Assembly (NCBI GenBank): GCA_043228905.1
Contig: JBHGNT010000006.1
Coordinates: 4,836,001-4,900,000 of the forward strand
Direction of reading: 5' to 3'
Length of the DNA stretch: 64,000 nt
DNA from: Azolla caroliniana
Lineage: Eukaryota; Plantae; Polypodiophyta
Below, one piece after another: positions 44,695 through 59,600 of this stretch. The notes beneath the pieces were generated by a model that had not been told where the DNA came from, searched no databases, and saw only the letters and a list, made by a program, of their open reading frames with translations. The translations under genes and the position numbers were made by a program. Position 1 is the stretch's first letter, and each line of letters opens with the position of its first letter.

Positions 44695-47600
44695 ATGTTG
44701 AGGGCTTCCTCTCGAAGATTCTCTGCTTTGAAGGTCAGATCTTTCTCCATTTCCTTGAAAACAGAAAATAATGCGAAATATTTCAGTCAAAACCATTTTC
44801 CCAACCTTAGATCTTGTCACAATTTCATTCTGCATATAATTTCCAAGTGAAAAAAATTAGAGACATGTTTTTCTAATTCTGATATTTCCTTGAAAAGAAA
44901 TATAAACAGAAAAATGCTAATATACATTTGAGAGGTATTTCTTCGAGCCTACCTCGCCTTGCTGTTCCTTCAACATCAGTAATATCTGGTAAAGGAGGCT
45001 TTTTGGCGTGGCTTATTGGAGAAAGTCCAGGAACAAAGGTTCCTCCTTTGTATGAAGCTTTCCCAGGCATCAAGTTACCCCATCCTTTGCCGGATACATT
45101 TCTAGCTTCGCCAACAGAGATCACAACCCTTGATAATGGATTGAAAATTGCTTCGGAAAACATCCCGGTAAGTGTGTTGATAGTGGTTCATTTAAGCACA
45201 TTTATGATGATTTAAGCATTCATTTAAGTACGTATAGTCATTTAAGTAAATGCTAATCTCTTAATCACACTATGCATGATGCTTTATCTTGGATTGATCA
45301 CTATTAACTGGATCATAACAAATAATGCATGATCTTTGACACTGGATTCATGTCATTTTATGCATGATCTTTTCATCAGATTGATCACTATTGAGTGAAT
45401 CATGTTGTATTATGTATGATGATTGATCTTGGATTTCTTGAACGGTGTCATATCATCATGTTTGATCTTGGATTGAATAATCTCAGATTATGTATGATGT
45501 TTGATCTTGGAATGCATGATTTCAGATTATGCTCGATTTTTGTTATTGGATCTATAACTGCCTGTTGGCTTACGTCAGAATATGCATCATGTTTGATCAT
45601 GGATCAGCGATCATTGTATTTGTCGGCTCATGTCAGTATCAGCTTATGCATCATGTTTGATCTTGGATTGGTCACTGTTGATTGACTCATGTCAGATTAT
45701 GCATGATACTGTCTGCTCTGGTGGATTGATCACAGTTTATTGACACATGTCAGATTGTGCAGGATGTCTGATGTTGAATTGATCCCTATGGATTGGTTCA
45801 TATCAGATTATGCATGATGTTTGTTTGATTTTGGATTGATTATTGCTCATTAGCTCATGTCAGAGTATTGTGCATGATGTTTGCTTCATCTCAGATTTGT
45901 AGCAATTGACTGGCTTATGTCATTTTATATTTTGTTCTTGGACTGATCACTATTGATTGGTTAATGATGGATTATGCATTATGTTCATTTCTTTTTGTCA
46001 ATTGTTGTTGATTAGCCCACATCAATTCATGCATAATGTTTGATCATGATTAGTTAGCTCACGTTTTACAGGGACCGACGATAACTGTTGGCTTATACAT
46101 AGATGCTGGTTCCATTAATGAGACCCCTAAGACAGCAGGATCTGCACATTTGTTAGAGCGCATGGCATTTAAGAGTACCTTAAACAGGTCACATTTCCGG
46201 CTCGTACGAGAAATGGAAGCGATTGGTAGTAACATCATGGCATCAGCATCTCGTGAGCAGATTGCATACACTGCTGATGCTATTAAGACGCATATGCCTG
46301 AAGTAGTAGAGTTACTGATTGACAGTGTCAGAAACCCTGTCTTTTATGAATGGGAGGTGAAGAAACAGGTGAAGCATCTAAATATCATGGTATTAGATTG
46401 GGTTAAAGGAGTATAGAATGTATTGTTGAGCCAAATTCTGCTATGCAAATGGATTTCAGCTAGCTAAAGTAAAGGGAGATTTGGCTGAACTAATGAATAA
46501 TCCTCAAAGCTTGCTGCTCGAGGCTCTACATACCATTGGGTACCGAGGTGGTTTGGCTAAGCCTCTCATTGTGCCAGAATCATCTTTGTCACTGATAACT
46601 GCTGATGCATTGGCCCACTTTGTCCAGGTGTGTGTTTCTCTAATTTGCTTTAATGACATGCAATATTGCATGCTGCCACAGTTTATTAGAAAATCAGATG
46701 TTTGTATGTGTGTGCAATATTAAAAGCTTACTATGTCAGGGTTTGTAAGTAGTGATATAGCCATAAGCATGGCTGACATGCTTGGGGATGCCATATCATA
46801 TATTGTCATCTACACCATGGAAGTGATTGACACACCCTGATTCTGATGACTAGTTTACTTCTAATGTTCTCAACAAACTCAGCATTGAACCTTACCACCT
46901 TTTGAGATATTGAAGTTCATGATGTGGTGCGACAAAGCTTACAATTTTGGATTCATACTATGGTATATTCTCAGTATCTTTCGGTTAAATCTTCTAGGGG
47001 GTTCTTGAAACATTCTTCTAGTTATTTTGGATATACGTGGTTTTTAATCTTTGTCCCATGTGACGTGCCTGCACATGTGGTAGGCATCAAGATCAACATT
47101 ACACATCACAATATAATTTAGCCAAGAATCTTTCGAAGACTGATTGACTGAGAAACTTTTGAAGACCTCAGCAATTGATGGAAAGTATGATTCTTCAACT
47201 TTCTCTCTTGAATGTCTAGGATACTACACGGTTCTGAGTCAACTATTGCAGTTCTATAGTACCAGCCACCATTATATCTTCATCTCAGATTCCCAAGACT
47301 TAGGAAAACCTTTCTAAGACCCCAGAAATTGATGAAAGTATGATTCCTTCGAACTTCCTCTCTGGATTGTCTAGGATACGTATGACATGGTCCTAAGTCA
47401 ACTATAAAAGAACTTTGTAGTTCCAAAGTACCATTCACCACTCTATTTGTTAGATATAATCAATGATCAGCCCCAAGTTGTAAATCTATCCCCATATGTG
47501 CTCTTAGAGTGCACATTTTGTGATAGCGCCCCAAATGAGGAGCGGCTAGTGTGCAATTCGACCATATGGGTCGATAAGGTGTTAATCGAGGAAACCGTAG

Positions 47601-50600
47601 ATGCGTAGGACACAGTGGATTTAGGAAAGAGTGAAATAGGTCATAGGATTGGCTAATCAAGTCAACTAGAATATTTTGTGGGCAAGTTGCAATGTACTTA
47701 GTCTTGAAGTATGTGCCATTGACTTCAAGATAAGTACTATCTAGCACTAGCTTGTATCTAGGGAGTTGGGTCATATTAAATGACACGTCAGTTGACAGAA
47801 AAGGAATATCTCCACTACTATCAACTGACATGCACATTTAATGTTACACTCAGACCAAATAGAGAATATAATCCACTCTCTTACACAGTGGTGTATTGAT
47901 CATCAGTCCCCACTAATTTTGTAGTGAGCTGGTCCAGATCCCATCTAAGCTCCAAGGTGTGAGCGTATGGGTGAACTAGCATTGTGAGCTACTCTCATAT
48001 GTAATAGAAGTTTTGTTTTCATATATCTATCTCTGTGGTTGTAACTCTATATACCTATCTAATCGATTCTCAATATTTCTAACACTATCTTCATCTAGTA
48101 GACACTTTTTCTTCATTCTACAAACATGAAACACAGGGTAGATACGACTACCTGTTGGCAAATCTAGGTTATAAGCAACCTTTTGTATGTTCATTATGAT
48201 CATCCATAACAATTACTCCCAATCTCCTGCATCAAAAGATCTAGGAGTATGCTTCATGTTGCAAAACCTTGGATATCTCTTAGCCATATCCAACATTTCT
48301 CTCATATCCAGTAAATGTTGTGAATTATTTGGATTATGACTACATGCTAGCTGAACTTCATAATTAGCTGAAATGGGAAAACTTAGTCACTGAACACTTC
48401 TGTGAGTTATATGCAAACTCAAGCAATGGTAAATAACTCCTAGTGTGTGCTATTTTAGTCAACTGAGGATGAGGCAAACCCACAACGAAATCCATGGCTA
48501 TCTTTGCCGTTTCCCACCTGTAATGAGCAAAAGTGGCTACTCCTCAGTTCTGGCTGAGTAAAAATGTACGTCAAAGTGGTGTCGCCAGTCAAGTCTTTGA
48601 ATTTGGTTCCATATAAGTAGTGATGTCTAGTCTTGAGTGCACCTTTAGCTCATTCACATGCCACTTCCTTGGAAATTCAAAAAGCTTCTTGTTCTCCAAA
48701 ACCACTGGTGCCTTGTTGAAAAAGGACAAAGCCTACTGCTACATCACCAGCATCGGTCTCTAGGTAATGGTAATTGCAGGTCCAAACCACTTTCAACACG
48801 GGTGCAGATATACACATTTCTGTTGATCAAATTCATGCTGCCTAGCAAAAGTCCAATAATAGACCACATCCAACTGCAATGAATCAGTCAAAAGAGCGAA
48901 TTAGGAAGTGTATCTCTGGATGAATTTCTGATTAAAGCTGGAAATCTCTACAAAAATATGTCAATTTTGACAGCTTCGGATGGCTGGAACATATGAACAA
49001 TCCATCCTCATAACTTCATTGGGTGTAGCATAGGCTAAATATTCAATGACCTCCTGTACAATAAAGTTCTCATAAAATTAGTTTATAATGGATAGTCTTT
49101 CGAAACTCCATACATAAATGATTGATGTGTTTATCTAGGTTATATGTTTGAGAATCAATGTAACCCAAGTGATGCTCAATGATGGGAAGTGAGATTGATG
49201 TAATCCCCCTAAAATCAGATGGAACATTCCACTATCAATTCATTGACTCAATCTTAGGTACACAACCAAGAATCATGAATATATGGTCATCCAATCCAAA
49301 CAACATGGAGTTCTAATGCTTACAACTACATGTTCTTACAGAGTCAATTGTGTAGACAAACTTGCCAGTAAGGTGTCATAGATGAGTCATAAGCTCACAT
49401 TGCCTCCTATACTCAATCCACACGAGTCAAGTAGTTGACAAATGGGACACTATTGTCACTAACTATGGAAACAACACCTTGGTATCACTTCTCTAAGCAA
49501 ACTTTATTTAACAAACTTATGAGACACGAGCATAATAATATTTTCTTTATTCGGAGTCACATAGCAGATCCATTTAAATGCATGGCACTGTGTACTCGAG
49601 CCGAATACCGTGAGATTGGCAATATACCTCGAATTGCCCTCGGTATTCTCTGCCATTGTCCGTTCAGACCACTTTTAGTTTTCGGCTAGTTTCTCTCTCG
49701 GCTCTCGCCTGTAACTCCTTGAAAACACCTAGTACTTGATCCTTCGTCTTCAGCACATAAGCCCACAACTTAGGACTGTAATCGTCAATAAAGGTAACAA
49801 AGTATTGTCCATCGGAATGAGATTTTGCGTCTACATAACATACACCGATGTGTACGAGTTCTAGGACGGTTTTCTTCCGAATCGGAGGCCTCGGTCGGAA
49901 AGCTGCTCTGTTTCGTTTGCTGGCCAAGCAATCGGCAGATTTGTCCAGATGCACTTTCTTCATCTCCGGTAGGAGATCTTTCTCGGCTAGCATTTGCATT
50001 CCCTTCTGGCTCATTTGGCACAACCTCTTATGCCACAACTTACCGGCAGTGTCGGCTGTCACATTTACCTCGTTTCTTCATAATTGAGCATGCATCAAAT
50101 AGTGTGTTAGTTTTTTGGGCTTGTGCTACAATCAGGCTTCCCTTGCAAAACTTCATGACACCGTTCTGGATGCTACTTGTGTAGCCTTCATCATCCAGCC
50201 GACCGGCTGATATCAGATTTAATCTGACTTCCGGAACGTGTTGAACATCTCTCAACACAAGTCTGCACCCGGTTGAGGTTACCAAACACACATCTCCTAT
50301 GCCGACAATATGGCATGCTCTTGTGTTTCCCATCTTTTTAGATCCAAGATCTCCGGCTCTGTAAGATGAAAAACATTTCCGGTCGGGGGTTAGGTGGAAT
50401 GACGCACCCAAATCAACTACCAATGACGATTCATCACCGACAAGGTTCACGTCGTTTTGCTCACTGATGAGCAACAACTCCTCTCTTGTTGTGATCGCCA
50501 ATATCTTCTTCGGCTGAGCACCATCAGCTCCCCCTTTGTTCTTTTGAAGATGTCGGCAATTCTTTTGAAAGTGCCCCAGCTTCCTGCTATAGAAGCATGT

Positions 50601-53600
50601 GGGCCTCCCCCTCGACTTTGACCTTGTCGCCGACTTATCTCGATTCTAGGGACTTCTATTTTTGGCCTTTTCCTCGATTCATGTCACATTCTGTGATTAG
50701 GGCTTTTGGTTTGATACTGGACTCTCGGTCCTTCTGACGAGCTTCCTCATTTAGTAAGCTCAACTTCACTTGCTCTAGGGATAAGTGCTTCCCTTCTGGT
50801 CCGGCGTTGCGCAAAGTGACAATGAGCTTCTCCCAGCTGTCCAGAAGGGATCCCTGTAACAATAAAGCTAATACCTCATCGGCAGGAGGTACTCCTAGTG
50901 AGGTGGTCTGATGATAAGTCCTTGGAAGGCGTTCAGGTGCTCCGCCATGCTGGAGCCATCCTGATACCTCAATGTCACGATCTTCCGGAAGAGTGATACT
51001 CTATTAACGGCGTTTTCGTTTTCTAACATGATGCCGAAATGATATACAGTTTTCTTGCTCTGCCTTTTGCTTGTTGCAAGTTAGTTAGCTAACATTGACA
51101 TAAATGACACTACTCATGTTGATCTTTTTTGTTCTACTATTAATTTGCCAAAGATATCATTCTTTTGATTATGTATGCATTGAGATGTTGGCTGTCTTTC
51201 AATATTCCCTCCGTTGTATTATATGAGAGTAATATTAGAAGAATACTTGACTTTAATATTTCTTTTATATTGTTTCCAATTGTTACTCCAAATATTTTAT
51301 ATTTGTGATCATACAGGAAAATTACACAGCACCTCGGATGGTCTTGGCAGCATCTGGAGTAAATCATAAGGAGTTGCTAGCAATAGCTGAACCCCTGCTA
51401 TCTGACATTCCAAGTGCATCACGTCATAGTGAAGAACTTTATAAGGTTCCTAGTTCGTTGTATACTGGTGGAGATTTTCGAGCAATGGCGGATACACCAG
51501 TAAATTCTACAGACTCTTCATTAACTTCTGAATTATTTAATATGTATGTCTAAACATAATTTTTTTCCGTTTTGCTATCAAGAGCAGAAAGTGAATGTTG
51601 CTATTGCCTTTGAAACTCAAGGTGGTTGGCGTAAAGAGAACGATGCAATTGCAGTAACAGTTCTACAGGTTAAATTCGTTCGTTTTTCTTTACTTGTTCT
51701 CTCTCAAGTTCTCTTATGCTGGTCCATAAGTTACAGCATGGTTTGTAGCTTTTTAAAGTCTCGTAGGCCACTTCGTCCAATGATACCTACAAATTATTCA
51801 TTCTGCCGGTTAGATTCATTCTGCATTCTTCATTTCAAGGACGGGACCTGAATAGCGTCAAAAGGGCGCATAAGGAACCTAGAACGCGGGTCCCATCCGA
51901 CATTCCATCCGATGTCGAAAATGGGAAACATGATCTTTTACGCCATTTGATTGCGCAAGAGATCAACCGTATTAGAGAAGATATCGAAATAGCACTAAAG
52001 GAAGAAATGAAAAAGGAGATAGAGAAACAGAAATCAGAATTGTACGCTTCTATCAAGGCTGAGTTATTAGAAGAGATGCGGAAAGACATTATAAGCCATG
52101 TGGAGAAATCACACTTAGAGCTCAAGGATGACATGACACAATACCTTAAGGATGAAATATCCTCAAGTAAGGTTGAGTTAGGAGCTATAAAAGTGGATTT
52201 CGGACAAGAAGCAGTGGAAAGATGCATCTCTACAGTGAAAGCCAATGTCACGAAGGAAATGCAAACATGGGCAGACATTGCCAAAGATGCCAAAGCTCAA
52301 GCCGAGCACGCCCAAAACGAAATTAAAGTAAATGCTCCTTGGATAGAGGTAGTAAAAAAGCAAAAAGGAACATCCATGGATAGGATGGCAATGATGAATG
52401 CTACTTTAGAAGAAGAAGCCAAGAGGAAAGGTCGTGCATTGCATGTACGAGTGGTTGGTTGGGCCGAAAAGGGAAGTCCACAAGAAGATGCCAAGAATCT
52501 CGCAACAAAGATTGGAGCATCCGATATTCCATTTGCTTCGGCGTGGAGAGTGGGAAGAGATGAGTCTAGAGCTAAAGCCTTTATCATCCGCTTCATGGAT
52601 ATTGACAAGAAAAAAGCTTTCCTCTCTAAACGAAAGGCACTCAAGGGTGAAAAGATATACTTAGATGACGATCTCACTCCAGCCCAAGTGGCACACCGCA
52701 AAGAAAACATGCCACGAGTGCTTGATGCAAGAAAGGAAGGTAAATGGGCCGTATATAGAGACGGCAAGGTCATTATTACAGAGAAGAGAACCGCATGATG
52801 ATATATGGCCTATGAGACCCTACGCATGACCATATGGAATTGCAACGGCTCTCTACGGACAGATGTCGGATATTTTGAAGATACATTGAAAAACACAGAT
52901 ATTGCTATGTATACAGAGACTCACCAATGTATGGCTAGCAAACTCCCCGAGGTCCAAGGATACAGATGGGAGTCAATATGTCGCCCCCAACCTCGGACAC
53001 AAGGAAGCACTAGAGGTTCGGGAGGAGTGGCTATGCTATACAAAGAGGAGCTCCATGGTAGAGTGCGTGTTGTACATAAGGATGTGGATGCACGCTACAT
53101 GTGGATATGCATAAAAAGAGGGGATCTTAGGGAACTATATATTGCAATTTGCTACTTTCCACCTGCCTATTCAAGGTTTGCACCTCTAGGTGAATCACCA
53201 TATCTACCACTATATGATGATATCATAAGATTTGCTACAATGGGGGATATAATACTATTAGGAGATTTTAATGCACGAACCAAGGATGAACAAACAACTA
53301 TATTTAACACCGACGAGGCTGTCTATGGAGAAGTTATGGTGGAAGAGGTTGGTCTAAAGAGAAAAGCTCAATATACGAGTGCTATAACTGAATATGGGAA
53401 ACACTTTCTAGCCTTGGGAAGCGCGCATGGACTTGTGATATATAATGGCTTGTCACAATGGCCTGGATCAGATGCTTTGACATGCTGGAACCCAAAAGGG
53501 GGCTCAAGCACAGTCGATTATCTAATGGGATCTCCATCTCTTATACTTGAAATAAAAGTGTTCACTATATCGGGAAGACCTATTGGCTTGGCAGCTGATC

Positions 53601-56600
53601 ATGCATATTTACGCTTTGAGGTAAAGGATGGATGCATACAGGATGTATATGCTAAGGAGAGTGGGCTGGCCAGGTATCTATTCACTTGCGAGACAATTGA
53701 TGTCTATAGTTGTGGTGTATACAATGGCATGCTAGATTTGAATCCTTTCGCACCCCTTGAAGAACTTACCCAAGGTTTATCCAAATCATTGCATAAAGCA
53801 GCCACAAAAGCCTTCCCTCACACAACGGCTAACCCCCCCAAACTCGGTAGAGTAATACAAAATAGTTGGTATGATGATGAATGTCGTGATACAAGGAGAT
53901 GCTTGCAACGTGATATAACCCGGGGCATTTATACATACAACCAAGCGAGAGCAACCTTCCAACGCCTCGTAAGGAGGAAGAAGAGATTGTATTTGGCCAA
54001 ATTTGAAGATCATTTGTATTGCTTGTTTCTAGGACGAGAGAGTAAAAGAGCATGGAAAATGTTTAATGAGAGGCAACCCACCACACAACTGACCTCAGCT
54101 CAGGTGTGGCATGAATATGCAAAGGTCCTATATGATACCCCGGGGCAACCTCCTCTTCCCCACCCAAATGCCTCACGCCCACATGAATCAACCTTCTTTA
54201 CACCACAAAATGTAAGAAATGCCATTGATAGGCTACAATTCGGGAAGGCCCAAGATCATGATGGCTTGGTGGGTGAACACTTTATCTATGCCCGTGACAC
54301 CTTGCTCCCATTGCTAGCACACATCTTTAATAGAGCCATGTGCGAAGGTTTTCCTACTAGATGGACTCAGCATACCATTGTGCCAATCCTTAAGAGTGGA
54401 GACCCCATGATGCCAAGCAACTATAGGACAATCATGATTGGCCATTACTTGGCTAAACTATATGGCTCGATTCTGGAATCAGAATTGAGTATATGGGTAG
54501 AGCAAAATGGCTGCCGTTCACTTGGACAGGCAGGCTTTTGGAAGGGTTTCACAACTTTGGATCACATATTCACCCTCCGGGCCCTTATTGAGGAGGGCAG
54601 AGCCCACAATAAGAGGATTTATTGCTGCTTTGTGGATTTTCGAAAAGCCTTTGACACTGTGCCACGTGCTCGGCTTATGCAGCGGCTAGAGGCCATTGGT
54701 GTTCCTATAGTTATGCAATGGGGAATCTATGCACTCTATGAATCTGTTTCAGGAAAAGTTCAGTCTCCTAAGGGCTTGTTAGAGGCAGTGGCCAGCACAA
54801 TTGGCGTGAAGCAAGGATGCCCACTATCCCCCACACTCTTCGGTCTCTATATAGATGAGGTATCACAATACATAGAGAGATTTGGTGGTTCCGGAGCACA
54901 CCTAGCAGGTATAGCTATACAGATATTACTATATGCTGATGATATTGTGCTGATCTCTGACTCTCCGGAGGGACTACAAAGACATCTAAATGCCTTAAAA
55001 CTATTTTGTACGGACAAAGGTTTGTCAATCAACATGAATAAAACTAAAGTGATGGTGTTTAACACCACCCAAGCATGGGTAACAAGATCAGAACCAGAAT
55101 TCTTCTTGGGAGAGGAAAAGGTGGAATACACACGCTCCTACACATACCTAGGAGTAACATTTACAGGACCTAGGTTCTCCTTACAGGAGGCCGCTTGTGC
55201 CCGACTTTCTCGTGGATATGCAACCCTGGGTGCTCTCGAAAGACAATGTGCACATTTGCAGTTCCAAGAGCCACGGACTAAGCTGTGTTTATTTGATACA
55301 CTTGTCACACCAACTCTTCTCTATGGAGTAGAGACATGGGGACCGAGTCTTAACAAGGCAAACCATTGGAAAGATTTAGAGAGACCTTTAGTGTCAATGA
55401 TTGCTTGCATGATAAGGAGCAAAGCATCGGTGCCCCACGATATAATCCGGGCAGAGATGGGAGCAGCACCTATAATAACCGAGGCATTGTTCCGATCAGT
55501 GACATTTATCCAACGTCTTTGGGAGCTCCCTAAACGAAGGTACCCAAGGTTGGCACTTATGTCATCAAGACAATTGGCTGAAAATGGAGACACTCATTGT
55601 TGGTATGCTGAAATGCAGCAATGGTTCGAGTCACATGGCATGAGTATAAATGCACTACCCCCGTTCCAATATAGCTTGGACTGTCCCCATCTCAATATGA
55701 CCAAAATGGAAAAGAATAGAGTGATCCGAACTGATATTATTAACTTAGAAAACAAGATAACATGGATCAGCCCCAAAATAGCACTTGGTACAAAGATAGC
55801 CCACTATAAGACACACTTCCTACATACATCGGAGGATGGATTTGTCATCAGGCCACCTTATATGGACATACATCTATCCTATGCGTTGCGTAGTGTGATA
55901 GGGCAGCTGCGAACCTCGTCACATCAGCTACAGATTGAGGTGGGCAGATATACACGACTACCTCTAGAAGAGAGAATTTGCCAATTGTGTCATCAAGGAG
56001 TGGAATCTGAAGAACACTACGTTTGTCTTTTATGAAATCAGAGGGAGATACCATTGCCTCTTTAAACAAGGCTTTGGCCCACTACGCAAGGTAATGGAAT
56101 ATGAGGACCAAAGATGCCTAGGACTTTTCTTGCTCGAGCTCAAGAGACATCGGGAAAAGTTGTTGAAGAATACAGCCACACAAGCTCATCCACAAAGAAC
56201 AATCACAACTTTCTTTAGCTCGATCACTCCTAATGCTAGAAATCAACCCCAGGATACAGAAATGGGATCCAGACCAGGATATAACAAAGGGGTTACGATT
56301 GATCGGGCAATGGCAATTTGCCGTGCACGTAGGCCCCGGCCCCATGGACCACGACCCCGACACCCTTGTCATCGACAAATAAAAGCCATTATCTCCCGCC
56401 ATCGTAGGTGCTTCCCTCGCTTTGGAGACATTTCCATTCTAGATCGACCTATGATAGAGATCTTTCGGAGACAAAGGCTACAATACACCTAACTTGAGAA
56501 TCTCGCATGTGCCAAAAACCAGATTCTCTCGTCTTATTTACTTTTATATTTATTGTGTAATATTTACTTTATTTTGATTTGTTCTCAAAGACGAGAAAAC

Positions 56601-59600
56601 ATTTAAGACGTAATCTCTTATTCGGTCTTATAGGCCATTTTGGCCTCTTAAAAGACGTTAATATATCTTTCTTTCTTTCTTTCTTTCTCTAGTGTGTGTG
56701 TGTGTTTTGCATAGCCACTTTGGGCCTCTTTAGGGACATTAATATAATCTCTCCTTTTTCTTAATGATCCTTGAGCAAGAAAGTAAAAGAGCATGGAAAA
56801 TGTTTAATGAGAGGAAACCTACTACACAACTGACCTCACCTCAGGTGTGGCAGGAATATGCAAAGGTACTATAAATGATATCGCCGGGCAGCCCCCACTC
56901 CCCCACCCACAAGGCTCACACCCATGTGAATCCACCTTTTTTACTCCAGTGTAATAAATGCCATTGATTGGTTACAATTGGGAAGGCCCAGCATCACGAT
57001 GGATTGGTTGGTGACCCTTGACACCTTGCTCCCCTTGCTGGTACACATCTTTAATAGTGCTATGTGAAGATTTCCCTACTAGATGGACATTTCATACCAC
57101 TGGGCCAATCCTCATGAGAGGATACCCCATGATGCCAAGCGACTACAGGACATAACTCTTGGCTAAACTATATGGCTTGATTCTAGAGTCAGAATTGAGT
57201 CTATTGGCAGTGCGCAATGGCTGCCATTCAGCTGGACAGGCAGGCTTTTGGAAGGGGTTCCCAACTTTGGATCACATATTGGCCCCCACAGCCCTTATTG
57301 AGGTAGGTAGATCCCATAACAAGAGGATTTATTGCTGCTTTGCACATTTTCAAAAAGCCTTTGACTCTGTACCGTGCACTCAGCTCATGCAGCAGTTAGG
57401 AGCCCTTGATGTTCCTGTAGATATGCAATTTGGAATCTATGCATTGTATGAATCTGTGTCAGGAAAAGCACAGCCCCCAATGGGATGTCAGAGACTATGG
57501 CTAGCACAGTCAGAGTAAAACAAGGATCCAATAATCACCGAGTCTTGTCAGTCTCTATATTGATGAATATAGGTCAGGTATCGTATTACATAGAGGGATT
57601 CGGCGGTTTGGGAGCATGCCTAGCAGGTATAGCCATACCAGTATTACTACATGCTGATAATACCGCATTGATCTCCGACGCCCTGGAGGGAATACAAAGA
57701 TATCTTAATGCCTGAAAAGCATTTTGTATGATCAAAAGGTTTGTCATTAACATAGATAAAGCTGAAGTGATGGTGTTTTAAGAAGATTCGAAGCAGAACT
57801 GTTTTTGGGAGAGAAGTTAACATACACACAATCTTTCATGTACCGAGGAGTAATATTCACAGAATGGGAGGATACTTGTGCTCGACTTTTTCGTGGATAT
57901 GCAGCCCTTGGTGCTCTTGAAAGGCAATGTGCACATTTGTAGTTCCAAGTACCATGAACTGAATTGTGGCTATTTGATACATCGGTCACACAAGTTTTCT
58001 CTATGGATTAGAAACCTAGGGACTGATTCTTAACAAAATGCGAATTCACTGAAAAGATTTAGAGAGACCATTAATGTCAATGATTGCTCGCATGATAATC
58101 AGGGCAGAGATGGGAGCATCCTTGATAATCACCGAAGCATTATTCCAATCTGTATTGACGAGTATCTAATGACTTTTGGGAGCTCTCTAAATGAATGTAC
58201 TAATAAAAGTTCAGTCCTACGTCATCAAAACAACTTGTTGAACATGGGAGGTATTCATTGTTGGTATGCTGAAACACAATAATGGTTCATGTCCAATATA
58301 ACTTGGACTGTCCCTATTTAGACATGGCTTAAGTAGAAAAAAATGGATTGATCTGAACTGATGTTATCAACTTGGAAAAACAAAATTACACAAAACAGCC
58401 CCACAACATTGCATGGTAGGAAGATGGCCCTTTATAAGACACTTTTTACAAGCATCAAAGGATGGATTCATCATCAGGCCCTCTTATATGGACATGCAGC
58501 TATCCTATCTGTTGTAGGGTGTGATTAGACAACCGTGAACTTCTTTGCTACACAAATGGGCTCCTGAGCAGGACATGGTGATGGGGTTACAATTTGTCAC
58601 GCACCAGCCTCATGGACCACGACCTCACCACCCTGTCATTAACAGATAAAGGCCATTATCTCCCACCCTCACAGGTTCTTCCCTGTCCTTGGAAACATCT
58701 CCATTTTGGATCAACCTATGCTTGTAAGCTGAGACAACATTTTAAGATGTAATCTCGTGTTTGTTCTTATAGGCCATTTCGGCTCTTCAACGATGTTAAT
58801 ATATTTTTTTCATTCTTTTGATATATCCTAAGTTCTTTCACACTCATTCATTCCTCACTCACCCATGCACATGCTCATTCACCTATACATCCACCCATTG
58901 GCATAGAGCATTGTCCAAAATTTCCTTGAAACATTCCTTGGACTTGCTTGGGATGTAGGATCATTTAATGCAATATTTTAAAGAATCATTCTGCTGTTGT
59001 TGCCATTTCTGGACTTCATCAGTTCACATGGTACTTATGAGTGCATGCCATTTCTGTAGAGTTTACTTGGAGGTGGTGGCTCATTTTCAGCTGGAGGCCC
59101 TGGGAAAGGAATGTACTCACGATTGTGTAAGTACAAAGAAGTATGGAAACTAGCAAAATTTCAACTGGAGGACGCGTGAAAGGAATGTCTTATTTGTCTT
59201 GTTGCTGAAATCTATTATTTAAATGTCCAGATACAAATGTTCTGAACAAACATTCAGAAGTGCAGTCGATTCAAGCTTTCAGCAGTATATATAATGACAC
59301 AGGACTCTTCGGGATACATGGGGCATCGGTACAAGAATTGCTTTACTTAAGCTGTTTCCGCAGAATATACTTTTTGAGATTCTTCATAGATCAGTTTTTT
59401 CTCTACCAAAACTGTAGGATGTTGATTTTTCTGAAAAGTTGGTTAATATTATTTGCGACCAGCTGAAGGAAGTTGCCAGAGGGGGCTCAGGTTTGTGTAT
59501 CACATTTCAGAAAAAGACAATAAGAATACATTTCCTAGTAAAATATCCCATATAGTCATGAAAATTTATGATCAACATACGTATACTGAGTGCTCTTTTT

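Larger units (their letters stand above)
51835..56690 (+). mobile_element. Near full-length non-LTR retrotransposon (two ORFs, RTE/RTEX-like), slightly 5'-truncated, with a (CTTT)n tail, in MPP alpha intron 6
   Basis: ORF1 and ORF2 are separated by 6 nt. The 3' UTR ends in taggccattttggcctct...ttaatata followed by ctttctttct repeats. Confidence 0.92.

Noticed and set aside
47519-47850. Possible solo LTR (TG...CA) in MPP alpha intron 4
   Set aside because: No convincing target-site duplication, second LTR, PBS or PPT found.
51835-52773. Antisense ORFs of 152 and 158 aa over LINE ORF1
   Set aside because: In-register mirror frames of ORF1 with no independent protein signal.
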